DNA from: Hemiscyllium ocellatum | Lineage: Eukaryota | DNA length: 64,000 nt | Direction of reading: 5' to 3' | NCBI RefSeq assembly: GCF_020745735.1 | Contig: NC_083425.1 | Location: 35,451,575-35,515,574, forward strand | Shown here: one piece after another, positions 48,617 to 61,859 of the stretch | Position numbering within the stretch: the first letter of the stretch is position 1 | How the letters are laid out: each line of letters starts with the position of its first letter | Notes under the pieces: model-generated | Databases searched by the model: none | What the model was told of the DNA's origin: nothing | The model's input: only the letters and a program-made list of their open reading frames with translations | Position numbers and translations under genes: made by a program

Positions 48617-50669
48617 TCAAAGTTTGTGCGAAGATTTGTAGCTCGGGTGCTTGTTGTAGTGGTTCTGTTCGCCGAGCTGGGAGTTTTAGTTGCAAATGTT
48701 TCATCCCCTGGCTAGGAGACATCATCAGTGCTGTGGAGCCTCCTGCGAAGCGCTTCTTTGATGTTTCTTCCGGTATTTATAGTGGTCTGTCCTTGCCGCT
48801 TCCGGGTGTCAGTTTCAGTTGTCCGCTGTAGTTGTTGGTATATTGGGTCCAGGTCGATGTGTTTGTTGATGGAGTTTGTGGATGAATGCCATGCCTCTAG
48901 GAATTCCCTGACTGTTCTCTGTCTGGCTTGTCCTATGATAGTAGTGTTTTCCCAGTCGAATTCATGTTGCTTGTTGTCTGTGTGTGGCTACTAGGGATAG
49001 CTGGTCGTGTCGTTTCGTGGCTAGTTGGTGTTCATGTATGCGGATTGTTAGCTGTCTTCCTGTTTGTCCTATATAGTGTTTTGTGCAGTCCTTGCATGGT
49101 ATTTTATAAACTACATTAGTTTTGCTCATGTTGGGTATTGGCTCCTTTGTTCTAGTAAGTTGTTGTCTGAGCGTGGCTGTTGGTTTGTGTGCCATTATGA
49201 GTCCTAAGGGTCGCAGTAGTCAGGCTGTCAGTTCTGAAACGCTCCTGATGTATGGTAGTGTGGCTAGTCCTTTTGGTTGTGGCATGTCCTCGTTCCGTGG
49301 TCTATCTCTTATGCATCTGTTGATAAAGTTGCGCGGGTATCCGTTTTTGGCGAATACCTTGTATAGGTGTTCCTCTTCCTCTTTTCGCAGTTCTGGTGTA
49401 CTGCAGTGTGTTGTAGCTCTTTTGAATAGTGTCTTGATGCAGCTTCGTTTGTGTGTGTTGGGGTGGTTACTTTCATAGTTTAGGACTTGGTCTGTGTGTG
49501 TTGTTTTCCTGTGTACCCTTGTGGTGAATTCTCCCATGGGATCACCAGTCTCGGGACTCATAGCAGAGGCAGTTATGCAAAGGTTAGAACAAACAGCCCT
49601 ACCACAAATTCAACCCAAACTCTGGGTCAGATATGTCGATGACACGTTCGTAATCATCAAAAACACGGAAATAGAAAAAACACACCGGATCATCAACGCC
49701 ACACTCACAGGAATGCGATTCACGAGAGAAGTAGAAAAGGATAGCCAACTCCCATTCCTAGACGTGATAGTACAGAGAACACCGAACGGAGAATTCACCA
49801 CAAGGGTACACAGGAAAACAACACACACAGACCAAGTCCTAAACTACGAAAGTAACCACCCCAACACACACAAACGAAGCTGCATCAGGACACTATTCAA
49901 AAGAGCTACAACACACTGCAGTACACCAGAACTGCGAAAAGAGGAAGAGGAACACCTATACAAAGTATTCGCCAAAAACGGATACCCGCGCAACTTTATC
50001 AACAGATGCATAAGAGATAGACCATGGAACGAGGACATGCCACAACCAAAAGGACTAGCCACACTACCATACATCAGGAGCGTTTCAGAACTGACAGCCA
50101 GACTACTGCGACCCTTAGGACTCATAACGGCACACAAACCAACAGCCACGCTCAGACAACAACTTACTAGAACAAAGGAGCCAATACCCAACATGAGCAA
50201 AACTAATGTAGTTTATAAAATACCATGCAAGGACTGCACAAAACACTATATAGGACAAACAGGAAGACAGCTAACAATCCGCATACATGAACACCAACTA
50301 GCCACGAAATGACACGACCAGCTATCCCTAGTAGCCACACACTCAGACAACAAGCAACATGAATTCGATTGGGAAAACACTACTATCATAGGGCAAGCCA
50401 GACAGAGAACAGTCAGGGAATTCCTAGAGGCATGGCATTCATCCACAAACTCCATCAACAAACACATCGACCTGGACCCAATATACCAACCACTACAGCG
50501 GACAACTGAAACTGACACCCGGAAGCGGCAAGGACAGACCACTATAAATACCGGAAGAAACATCAAAGAAGCGCTTCGCAGGAGGCTCCACAGCACTGAT
50601 GATGTCTCCTAGCCAGGGGACGAAACGTTTGCAACTAAAACTCCCAGCTCGGTGAACAGAACCACTACA
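48617..50669. mobile_element. Poseidon-type Penelope-like element with long inverted duplication
   Basis: Plus ORF PMGSPVS, WVRYVDDTF, HRKTTHT, GIY-YIG VVYKIPCKDCTKHYIGQT; about 880-bp inverted arms; 13-bp TSD ACTTCACATTTAT (48604-48616 and 50670-50682). Confidence 0.93.
50593..50632 (+). ncRNA. Minimal type I hammerhead ribozyme motif (mirror copy on minus at 48692-48731 is CpG-decayed)
   Basis: GCA-CTGATGA-TGTCTCC TAGCCA GGGGAC-GAAA-CGTT-TGC; palindromic ACGT helix III. Confidence 0.8.
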
Positions 50670-51820
50670 ACTTCACATTTATGTCGCTAGCACCACAAAG
50701 ATGTATATATTAAGGAGCAGTCCTATCATATGCAACAGCCCACGCACTACAACAGGAACGATCACATGTGACACTTGTCACATTTAGAACAGTGGCAGAT
50801 GTGGATCAGGTATCTAAACAAAAATGGTACAGTCAGCCAAGAAGCTGCAGACAAGCAGAGGTGGTATACTGCTCTTTACTGCCAAAGGGGTCATATGAGG
50901 GAACCACAGGAACATGATTCCATTACAGGTTAAAAATCCACCACTCATTAATTGGGATGAACCCAATGGAGAAATAGCTAATGCAAGAGACCTCTGCACG
51001 ACAGACTTTCAAGAAGAGCCTCAAACTCAATGGTTTTTAACCCAGAAGACTTATTGTCTTCCAAGGCTAAAGAGAATACATTCCAGGAGAACAGTGAAAT
51101 TTCCAGCTTATCTAAACTTACAAAGTCAGATACTTGAAGAGAGATGGCTTGGAGGTAAATGTAATTATATACATAAATATATAATACTAATAATGAGAAA
51201 ACAATAGCTGGAGGAAGAGTTGAATATGGATCTGAAAGGGTTAATACTGAGGAGTGCTATAAGCACCACAATTATGATGATATTTTGAGGGCTTGTGGTG
51301 GAACAGCTTAGGATCTTAAAGGTGAGACACCCAAAATCTGGTCTTCCTCAAAGTCTCTGTAACAACATCTATTATATCATTATTATCTCTACTAGCTGCT
51401 CACATGCAATAAACTCATCTTTTTAATTTCAAGAGATTTTTCTAGTTAAACCAGGATATAGTTCTGCTTTACCACACTAGACCAAGCAGGCAAGTTAGAC
51501 CAAGTGTGGTTTCCTACACTTAGAGGATGATGGTAGCAACTTTCATTATAGGAAGCAGTTCATGGAGCTGTACCTGCTATAGGACTATTTAATGCAACAG
51601 TGTAGAGGGTGTTCCACTCTGTACCTCCCTTATGATGCACTTGGCCTGGAAACATCTAATGAGACAATGTGAAGAGACTCTGTATCTAACCCATGTTGGA
51701 CTAAACTGAATTTTTGATGCTGATTTTGTAAATTATAATTCTAACATCATCATCTCTCAGGTTTCATTGCATAAACTATTACAATCCCAATAACAACATA
51801 TTGAAAAGATGTTATCTTAC

Positions 51821-51872
51821 CAGTGAGATGACTGCACTACCTCTGACCTCTGCATCATCATCTTTCAGTTGT
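51821..51872 (-). CDS. HEATR9: HEATR9-like exon
   Basis: QLKDDDAEVRGSAVISL versus human QLMNPDATARQEAVISL; 52 nt; AG/GT. Confidence 0.85.
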
Positions 51873-51904
51873 CTGTTAAACAGAAAGAAAATATATCAGT
51901 CTTC

Positions 51905-52860
51905 TGGGTTTATTGACTGTGTTCGGTGAGGTTTTGTTTTGGGATGTGCACACCTCTGGCAAGACATATTTATTGAGCATCTATAACTGCCCTTGAGGTG
52001 GTGGTGGTTGGTACCTTCTTGAACCATTGCAGTATATAGCCACAACACTATTAGGGAAGGAGTTCCAGAACGTAGACCCAGCAAAAGTGAAGGAAGGCTC
52101 ATATAATTACAAATCAAGCTGGTGTGTGACTTGGACAGTAAATTGCAGGTGGTGTCCCCATTAATTTGCCGCCCTGTTCTAGATGGTAGAGTTTGTAGGT
52201 TTTTAGGGTGCTGTTGAAGGTGCTTTTGCAATGCATTTTGTATCTCTTGCGAATAGTTGTTATTGTGCACTGGTGGTGTGGGGAATGAATTTGAAAAGTC
52301 AGAAGAAGGGGTGCAGATCAAACAGGCTGCATTTTCCTGGTTGGTGGTGAGTTCCTCGAGTGTTGTTGGAGTTGAACTTCTCCAGGCAAGTGGGGGATAT
52401 TTCAGCATACTCTCTTTATCCAAACATGAATAAAAGAACTAAATCCAAGACAACAGGCAAAGTTTGATCAAGAGTGACATCAAGGAGTTCTGACAAGATT
52501 GAAGTTACTGGGAATCATGGGAAAAATACTCCAATAATTGGAGTTATTCTGAGCATGAGGAAAGATGGCTGAGATTGTTTGGAGGTGAGACACCTCAGTC
52601 ACAGGACATTGGTGCAGGAGTTCTTCTGTTTATATCCTATGCCTAACCAACTTCACCGTCTTCATCAATGACAACCTTCCATTGTAAGGTCAGAATGGGG
52701 ATACACACTAATGTTTGCATAATATTTAGTTCCATTCACAGATCTTCAGAGGTGAAAAAAACACAATCTATGCCTGCACGCAGCAAGGTTTGGAAAAGAT
52801 TCAGCTTAAGCTGATAAATCAAAATAACTAGTAATATTTATGCTATACAAGCACTTGACA
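51905..52860. mobile_element. Old LINE fragments (minus then plus)
   Basis: Similar to 21990-22900 and 62330-63050. Confidence 0.5.
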
Positions 52861-53613
52861 ATGATCGAGCCAGATCAACAACCATATCTGTTTAAAAGAA
52901 TTCCATACATAAATACAGAAGTACCAGGACGAGGTACCCCAATCACCACTTTATTTATTCTATAACCATTATACAATACTAGCAGTGTGTACCGTCTAAA
53001 AGTTATGCCAAAAACATGCCAATACGCTTGTGATGGCAACTTTACAAACCCATGATTTCTATCAAATGCATAGCAACACCCACATCTGCAGCTTGGAATT
53101 ATATCACCATTTCTTCATAGTTAGATCAAATTCTTGAAACTCTCTATTTAAGAGCGTTATGGGCGTTCCTACAGCAGATGGAGTTCAGCAGTTCAAGGTG
53201 GTGGCTCATGGCGAGCTTCTCAAGAGAAACTTTGGCCTTACCAGTGACACACACATCCCATGAATTAATAAAAAGATGCAGAAAACATTGCAGTCAACGA
53301 TGCATTAAAAAGATTTCACTAACTATAAATAGATGCTCATTTGTTTTCCTTCTTTGGCCTTGAGCAGACCTGTGTTCCTGGCAAATAGCCTGTGCGAATC
53401 TTACAGCTACTATAATAGGCATATTTGCAACTGAGGCAACAAAATCATCTGACCATCACTGAAAGTACTGATGACCATATGTGTGGATGTTGGTTGAGAC
53501 CAGCTTTGTGCTTTTCAGTGGAGCCATAGTCAAACAACATGCAGACTTACAACAGTTCTGTGTATCGATGGAAATTGCTGGAAAGTAGAAATCACCTGTT
53601 CTAAGTAGGAAGA

Positions 53614-53787
53614 TGGGGGGGGGGGGAAGAGGGGGGTGGGGGGGGGAAGAGGGGGGTGGGGGGGGGGGAAGAGGGGGGTGGGGGGGGGGGAAGAGGGGGG
53701 TGGGGGGGGAAAGGGGGGTGGGGGGGGAAGAGGGGGAGGGGGGGAGGGGGGGGGAGGGGGGGGAGAGGGGGGGGAGAGGGGGGGGAG
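53614..53787 (+). repeat. G-rich tandem repeat, approximately (T-G9-AAGA-G6)n, G-quadruplex prone
   Basis: About 170 bp of nearly pure G with AAGA/T interruptions. Confidence 0.9.
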
Positions 53788-54061
53788 GTGACAGAAGGCA
53801 GCCATATTCAGTGAGGGAGTAAGAGGTGCAATTAGGAGTAATTCTGTAATTCTCACCCTTGTGACCTGGGTAGTACTTTGGAAGAACATATGGTTTACAC
53901 AGTCGAACTTTCCTACTTTCAATGGGATGGAACTAAGATAACTTCAACAAGCTATTCAATAGCTATTCAACAAGTGAATAATTCATTCAGATAGAAAACA
54001 GCCCATGCTAAGGGACAAAAACAAAGATCAATTTTACTGTGAGAGTCAGTTAGGAACTCAC

Positions 54062-54135
54062 TGTTCCATGTCCTTCCAGACTGTTATCTTCATATCTAGC
54101 AAGTTCACAATCAAGCCAGCCCGTCGACGCACAGC
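54062..54135 (-). CDS. HEATR9: HEATR9-like exon
   Basis: AVRRRAGLIVNLLDMKITVWKDME(Q) versus human AVRQAVAQTVEELKLK; 74 nt; gtgagt donor. Confidence 0.82.
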
Positions 54136-55912
54136 CTGATGGTCAGGACGAAAGTGTTAGATTGTACATCACTAGAGAAAGCAGATTCTATCAGTCTTCA
54201 ATATAACCAATGTTGTACAATAGGAATCAGAAACTAGTTGTAGTTGTGACCGTTAGTGATGCAGTATTTGCCACATTAACTATTTTAGCAGAAAATTCCT
54301 TTCAGCTTTCTTTAAAGTCCCTTTTCATCATCACCCTCCCAAATACGATTAAATAAAATCTTCTCACTGAGATGCCTTCACAGTTTGCCTCCCTCAGCCT
54401 CTACACCAAATGACTTACTGAATCCAAATTCAACTCCTCAGCTTTCACTGTTCTTTAATCTTACTGTAGACTCTCCAAGTAAACTTCCCATGTTATATTT
54501 GCAGCTTGTCATCTCACATTGCCCTGCTACTCTCAACATGTCAATCATTACTAAAATCATCTCTGATCACTTCTTTGTGTCATGTTCCAATCCCCTACCC
54601 TACCCCCACAACCCAACCCTGCTCGGTGTCTCCTGGAAAAATAATTCTCCAATTCGTTGGATTACACAGAATATATGGCACACAACAGTCATTTATCCCA
54701 ACAAGTCCATTCTGGTGTTTATGCTCCATTTGAACTTCCTCCCATTTTTCCTAATCTAAATCTATCATCGTAACCCTGTCATCCCTTCTCCCACATACAT
54801 TTATATAATTTACCCAGACATAAGTTTACGCCATTCACTTCAGCATTTCCTCTCAGTAACGGTACCACATTCTCACCAGTATCTGACTAAAGAAGCTATT
54901 TTGAAATCTCTGCTGGACTTTTGGTGACTATTTTACATTGATAACTTCAGTTATGTTTCCATCTACAAGTGGAAATAAACTCACTATTTCCACTCTCTCA
55001 AAATGTTTCAGATTTAAAGATCTCCATTTAGTCACATCTTAGACCTTATTAATTCCTGATGCAATTATTCCAACGCAATCTTGGATAGTACATCCTTCTT
55101 TAATTGAGGTCATCCACTCTGCTTATCATATCCCATATCTTGTACTAAGTCCTGTGCATCCATCCCACCCCTAAGCGAGGTCCCAGTGGACTAGCACCTC
55201 GATTTTTAAAAAAATCTTTGTTTATAAATCTGTCCATGGCCACACTATACCTATCTCTTTAGTTTGTCATAGCACCAACTCTTTCAAGATATTGGCACTC
55301 GTCTTATTCGGATCTCCTGTACGTCGTCAATTTGAATTGCTCCTTCAGTCTGTCAACGCCCCAAGTTCTGAATTTCCTTTTTGTAAATCTCTACTTTTGT
55401 TCATCTATTCTAATTACTTCTTATCTGGCTTGGTGTCAAATTATGTTTGGTTACATTCCTGTAAAAAACTTTGAGGCAAATCCAACATTTTAAGGGTGCT
55501 ATACAAATTGTTGCTAAGGTGTCTGGAATCAGGAGTGGGGTAGTTAAGTTGAATTTTAAGAGAGAAGGATTTCAGCCCGTTCAGCACTTCACGAGGGTAA
55601 AGTTCCACAAATACCAGGTTTCTTTCTCCTACACCAGGAGACATTCATCACTGAATGTCAGGAGGACACTGAAGTACAGCAAATTTCACAGAGAAGCTTA
55701 GACCTATGCATCCAAATTCCATTCTTTCCTAGTTGGATTCTGATCAAGAACAAGAAACCTGTCCATAGCCCAGTCAGAGTGACGTGAAAATATAACACCT
55801 CCTACCACTACAATTACCCTAGGATTCCAGACCCACCCTGTGCAATACCATGTTGTGTAATCACAGACTCAGGAATTGGGGAATCATGTACAAAGCTTTC
55901 CAAGTTACTTAC

Positions 55913-56032
55913 CAGAACAGGGTCATCCCACAGTTTCTGCTTCAGTGCCTCGAGCACAGCCTGGTACATGCCAGCCTTTGTGATGTGTGACATTCCAACA
56001 AAGGCTAATAAATCCAATGCCTTCAATCGGTG
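55913..56032 (-). CDS. HEATR9: HEATR9-like exon
   Basis: HRLKALDLLAFVGMSHITKAGMYQAVLEALKQKLWDDPVL versus human DRFEATQMLKTIGLEQI...HNEPFL; 120 nt; gtaagt donor. Confidence 0.85.
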
Positions 56033-56464
56033 CTGGTAGAATTAAATGTGGAAATGGATTTAAGAGACAGTGTCAGATTTGAGAATGGAATTCAACAGAC
56101 AAAAGCTTTTTGCAGTGTGCCAGATTTGGTTTCAGTCACTGTGCTAGGAACAGAAACAGACTTTTCACCCTATCAAATCTGTTCCACCATTATCTGTATC
56201 CACATCACTCAACTTCCACATATCCTTTGATACTGTTATCCCACAAAAATCTATCCACAAAATTCCATGTGACCTCCTCAGCTGTAGCCTTTTCAGGGGA
56301 CAGAGTTCCAGATTTTCTTCTATTTTTCTTCTATAGAGAATACAAGTAAAAGAAAACTTCATTTATACAAGCTGTTCTTATAACCTAATCCTATTTGCCC
56401 TAATTTCACTGCAACCTTCCAAGTTATATTTCCTTTTGCTGTGCCTAGAACTACACACAGCACT

Positions 56465-56758
56465 CAGTGGCACAGTGGTTAGCACTGCTGCCTCACAGCG
56501 CCTGAGACCCGGGTTCAATTCCCCACTCAGGCGACAGACTGTGTGGAGTTTGCACGTTCTCCCTGTGTCTGCGTGGGTTTCCTCTGGGTGCTCCGGTTTC
56601 CTCCCACAGTCCAAAGATGTGCGGGTCAGGTGAATTGGCCAAGCTAAATTGCCTGTAGTGTTAGGTAAGGGGTAAATGTAGGGGTATGGGTGGGTTGCGC
56701 TTCGGTGCGCTTGTTGGGCCGAAGGGCCTGTTTCCACACTGTAAGTAATCTAATCTAA
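56465..56758 (+). mobile_element. HE1-like V-SINE (young)
   Basis: Near-complete tRNA head, V-domain, (TAATC)n tail. Confidence 0.92.
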
Positions 56759-58244
56759 ATAGGTCCAACTGAAGCCCTGTACAAATGGAACATAACATAG
56801 ATTCTAGTTATAATATAACATTGACCTAGTTCCAATAGCCTTTTTATATATTTACATTTTGAGATTTTTTTTTGAAATGTATTCTTAAATCTCTGCTCCT
56901 CCACAGTTCCACATTCTCACCATTTAGGAAATACACTAATCCGTCTTTCTGAGATCTTCCATTCATTTCCCTTCAGTGAACTCCATTAGCCAGAGTTTTG
57001 TTCACTCAGTCAATATCCCTTTGTAACTTTCTGCTCTCATTTACATGACTTAATGGGTGCAATGTAGGCTTTACATGAAGGTGTGAAGGAGTGAAAAATG
57101 AATGAGCAATTCATTTAACATCTCTGCTGATTTACTTGACTGCCAACATACTTTACATCATCACAAAATTACTTCTAGAGATGTAACTCAATGCTCCTCC
57201 TAGATTGGAATAGGTGTCTTTTGAGGTTGTGGGTGGGTGAATCTATGTCAAGGGTTGTACTTGGGGAGGTTCAAGGTTCCCATGTGTAATTTTGTTCTTT
57301 ATGCCTTGAAAAGCCTCAGTGGAATTCACAGCAGCTGAGACAACAGATGGTGTGGTTTCCCTGTGAAGCTTGTTGTTAGGCCTCAAATCTGTAGAGAACC
57401 AAGGCAATACCTTGTAGACACACCAAATGGCCTTGTCCCTGGGATATAAATCAGCATTTCTAATCTGTGGATAAAACAGCTGGGAATCTTGACAAGCACA
57501 GTAGTGGAGTCCAGGCCACAAAATTTAAGGTGGTTTATAGCAAAATAGGAGACCATTCAGCCCATTTCCTTGTGTTGAATCTCCCATCCCTCTCCCCAAA
57601 CCATCAAATATTTCTTTGCAAGTACTTCTGGCTTCTTATATAGATTTGTTTCTATTTGGACATTTCATCTCTTTTCCTATTCAGTCTCTGGGTGATAAGA
57701 CTGTCATTAATTTTCATTGTTTTGGTGCCCTGAGAAGTTGGTGGTGGACCCTGTTCCTGAACAGTTGTAATTTGCTACAATCAAAGAGCCTGACAGTTGA
57801 ATACAACAGGCAGCAAAGTATTAACCTCCTGTGAAAATCATCTGCTCAAAGCATGATTCGGATCTCCTCATTCATTTCTGCAGACTTCTGACTACAATCA
57901 CATGTCAACCCAGCCATTCACCAAGAAATCAAGTGCCCATTTGATTTTTATTGAATAAATGTATGCAGTAATTGATGGGGGATAATAACTCCCACTACAA
58001 ATACCTAAATTTGTCCCCCTTTTAATGTGCTCTGAAGGCATTAGTCTGGACAGAATGTTTTCATAATCTGTCTAGATGTGGTATTGGACGATAATCTTCT
58101 AACTATGTTTAGAATGGTCCTGGGATTCCATGGAACAGCAATCCCAGCACCTCTGATCAAGCTGGGCTGTTCACAGTGCCAGAGCTACTGGAAGGATGCT
58201 GCTGAACTAGGCCATTAGCAGGAGGGAAGTGCCAGTGGAGGGAG

Positions 58245-58540
58245 GAACAGAAGCATATAGGGTCCAGGAAAGAGAAGGGGGAAGGTGAGGAGGAAAGGAG
58301 AGTGTGCAGAGAAGGTGTGGGTTAGGGGGTGCGAAGAGAAGAGGGACAAGTCAGGTGGGAGAAGAAAGGGGCAAGGTGATGGGGAGAATGCAGGAAAAGC
58401 AGAGAGACAGAAAACAGAAAGGAAGGGGCAAGAGAGAGGGGGAAGGGGCAAAACAGAAAACAGAAAACAGAGATATGGGGGGGGGGGGGGGGGGGAAGGA
58501 AAGAATGCAGTGGGAAGGGAGGAAGGGGCAGCAGGACAAA
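58245..58540 (+). repeat. Purine-rich low-complexity tract including a long G homopolymer
   Basis: GA-rich composition; poly-G at 58476-58495. Confidence 0.7.
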
Positions 58541-58692
58541 ATAAACACTTGAAATGTGAGAGTCTAATCAGGAGGGTACTGCCACGAAGATTGTACCAGT
58601 CTCTTGATCCAATTCAAACTTACATGAACCTCATTTTAACTGGTTGTGTTGGTCACTTCCACGGTACAAGAACAATGAAGTCTGCCACAAAC

Positions 58693-58785
58693 CTTGTAGA
58701 CAGGGGAGGTTCGGATCTGCTCCAGGAGACTTTGGATCTGGTATTGTTTATTTATCCTGAGGAATCTGACCACCACTTCCAGAGC
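58693..58785 (-). CDS. HEATR9: HEATR9-like exon
   Basis: ALEVVVRFLRINKQYQIQSLLEQIRTSPVYK versus human ALRMLVKVMHVHSAPVIKAILDQLCSSSVLE; 93 nt. Confidence 0.85.
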
Positions 58786-59942
58786 CTGTGGGAAGGAAAT
58801 GTGACTAGATCCTTAACTTTTTTTTTCCCACTTTCTCCTTTTATACAAGTAAAATTAGCAGAACTATGTTGCTCCAAGTTTCTTGACCACTTAAGAAGTC
58901 CATCTCATGAGATTGTGTCATGATGACTTTCTTGTAGAGAGGATGTATTTTCCTAGGCTATAACTGAACTCAAAGCAAGCAATTTTAAATCCCACCATGC
59001 TGAATTTAGAAATGCAATTAAATCTGGTGACTTGTGAGCCAGCATTTAATTGACTACCATGATATAAAAATTTTTTTACCAGCATCCTGCCAGCATAGAC
59101 CTTTATGCGAAATTGTCAATTCAAGGAGGCAGTCGGTCAGATGCTTCCCTCATAGAATTAAATAATATACAAGAAGGCCATTTGCTCCATCATTTCTGTG
59201 CCATCTTATTGGTAGATCTATCACCATTGTCCTATAAAAAAATCCTTCTAAAATATTTATCCAATTGTTTTTTCAAAAGTCAATGTTGACTGCATTAACA
59301 CCACAACTTCAGGCAGTACATTCCAGATCACAACCATTTGCTGGGCAAAGAAAATTCTCTTCATCTCCCCTCCATAACAGTGGGTCTTCCTGTTATCAAC
59401 CCCTCCTACTAGTGCAGACATTTTCTCTTCCTTAGACAAGGGAAGTAAAGGAGCCATTGGGATTGTTAGAACAAGCCCAACAACTATCAACCACTTACAA
59501 CCTGTGAAGAAAGGTAAAGTCTACCCATTAAATAAGAAGTTGAACCAATGAAAATGGACTTTCTCTACAGGGCTCTATCTGCAAATTGCTGGAACCAATC
59601 ACCAAACATCCAGATGATGATGCTCACCTGCAGCTGATGGCCACTATGACACCAGCCAGATGTCAACTTCATTAACAGAATACATAATCACAAGAATTCT
59701 GTTCAGGTATTCCTGTTTTAGAGAATTCTTTTGTTTGCAATTGTCACTATCAAATAAACACATTATTGATCCAGTTTTATGCTCTAGTCACTAAAATTGC
59801 AAGGTATCATTTCAAAAGTTAGGATTTATATAAAGGTTAATCTATGCTTTTCCAAACTTGCATCCAGTCTGGGTGAAAGTCAGATCAAATGCCAGTTCTC
59901 TCTAAAATTTGAGGTTGAAAAGAAACAAACTGAGGCCTGTAC

Positions 59943-60131
59943 CTGTTCCTTCTGGTAGGAGGTGCCATCCTGAAGGTAGCTCATTATATAATCAATTGCT
60001 TCTTCATCATTTTTGTTGAGATAACACAGGCAGACTGCAGCATTCACAGGAACCATATCTTTGGAGCGCAGTGTTGTCATGAATGATCTTAACATGAAAA
60101 CCAATTTTTCCTTAGCTTTGATCTCAGACCT
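59943..60131 (-). CDS. HEATR9: HEATR9-like exon
   Basis: RSEIKAKEKLVFML...VNAAVCLCYL...YLQDGTSYQKEQ versus human EGKLVPVL...LEAALCLGFL; 189 nt. Confidence 0.88.
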
Positions 60132-60359
60132 CTGAAAGGACAATGAGACATGAGACACAGTTGGATCTCATTCAGCCACCTTGTTCAAGGAAAAGTGTAA
60201 GGACTTTCCCAGTAACCACAGATTAACATCAGTGGCATGTGAAATTTTAGAAACAATAATCAGAAAATTAACAGGCATTTGGAGAAATTTGACTCAGTAA
60301 AGGATTACCATTTTGGATTTGTCAAAGGCAGACTCTGCTTGTTAAATTGAGTTCTTTGA

Positions 60360-60672
60360 TTAGATTAGATTCCCTACAGTATGGAAATAGACCCTATGGC
60401 CCCACAAGTCCACACCAACCCTCTGAAGAGTAACCCACCTAGACCCATTCCCCTACATTTACCTCTGACTAATGTACCTAACACTATGGTCAATTTAGCA
60501 TGGCCAATTCACCTACCCTACACATCTTTGACATATGGGAGGAAACCCGAGCACCCGGAGGAAACCCACGCAGACACGAGGAGAATGTGCAAACTCCACA
60601 CAGACAGTCGCCCAAGGCTGGAATCAAACCTGGGTCTCTGGCGCTAGGAGACAGTAGTGCTAACCACTGAGC
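60360..60672 (-). mobile_element. HE1-like V-SINE
   Basis: Reverse complement of the V-domain and tRNA head. Confidence 0.92.
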
Positions 60673-61330
60673 CCCTTGATGAATTAACAGAGAAAAAGTG
60701 AAGAGTTATGTTAATTATATGGATTTTAAGAAAGCACTTGACAATGTACTACATAAAAGGCTGGTTAATAAAATTGAGGCTCATTGAATGTTAGAACAGG
60801 AAAGTTAGATTCAGTTTGAATAGAAAATTGGGTTCAATATGATCAATGGTTGATTTTCATTCAGAGAACAGCAGGCAGTGATGTCACCCAAGGTCAGTGT
60901 GAGGACCATTGCTTTATTGTGAAGTATTAATTATTTGCAAATTGGAATATAGTGTAAAATTTGGAGGTGTAATAAATCAACTGCAACTGCACATAAACAA
61001 ACAGATAATAGGATTTGGGATTCAATATGTTATGAGTAGATTTAATTCAACTTTTTAAAAAATTATGTGAACCCTTATATATGTATATATATATCCTGAA
61101 ATCTTTTTAAAAAAGGACACTTTGCTAAGGAAAAAAACAGCACAAGCAAAACAATGTTGCATCTGGAAGGAGCAGGGAGCTTGGATGGAACTGTATACTT
61201 TTCAGAACTTTCAGAGAAAGGTTTCATGGCCCAGTTTAAGAGTCAGCTATGGCATTTACATTTTGAAGTGAGAGAGAGAGTTTGCTGTGACTGAAGATAT
61301 TTGCTGTGACTGAAGAGCAACAACCAATTG

Positions 61331-61332
<2 letters not shown>

Positions 61333-61365
<33 letters not shown>

Positions 61366-61372
61366 TCTCTCT
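61333..61372. repeat. (CT)n microsatellite
   Basis: Direct observation. Confidence 0.9.
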
Positions 61373-61859
61373 TTATCACAACTTCTTCCACTAGCGTGTA
61401 TAGGTGAAATCACACTGAAAGTTACCTTTACAACTTCTCAAGAGTTCCTACAGTGGATTAATTGGAATCTATCCCCATCTCCAGTGAAGGGAATTCAACC
61501 ATCAATCATTGTTGCAGGAAAGCACCCCATTCCCATGCTAAAAGCTTGTATACACTGAATAAGTTTGGAATCATCCACAGCACCATTTGTTTCATGAATT
61601 TTACTGTTACTTGCTAAAGTGTTTTAAAGTTAACACATAGTTTTCAGTTTTATCTATATATATCTGAATAATCAAAATTGTTTGTCAATATATTTGCATT
61701 TTTAGACCATAACTAAAAGACCATTCGATCTCTTGAGCCTGATTTATCATTCAACAGAATCATGACTATTCCAACCTTCTTCATCTCCACTTTCCTCTGA
61801 TTCCCCAAAAACTCTTCATTCTCTGACTAATCCAGAACCTACCTAAGTCAGTCTTAAAT

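Larger units (their letters stand above)
46790..51490 (+). mobile_element. Heavily decayed Gypsy-like LTR retrotransposon, interrupted by the palindromic PLE
   Basis: Integrase-like DNGKQF, SPQSNGNIERA..LLKK..DLY..LLNYR.T at 48360-48570; possible tRNA-Leu PBS TGGTGTCAGA at 46794; boundaries uncertain. Confidence 0.5.

Noticed and set aside
49494-50312. 272-aa ORF as a functional or domesticated PLE protein
   Set aside because: Its start comes from the inverted arm, the RT N-terminus is missing, and it ends at a CpG-derived premature stop
53530-53922. Poly-Pro and poly-Gly ORFs resembling formin or extensin
   Set aside because: They are translations of the G-rich simple repeat
56465-56540. 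tRNA genes (also at 13537, 15639, 21025 and 60600)
   Set aside because: These are SINE heads: most run into a V-domain and LINE tail, and there is no full cloverleaf or terminator
58285-58923. 212-aa plus-strand ORF
   Set aside because: It consists of a low-complexity purine tract plus the antisense of a real exon
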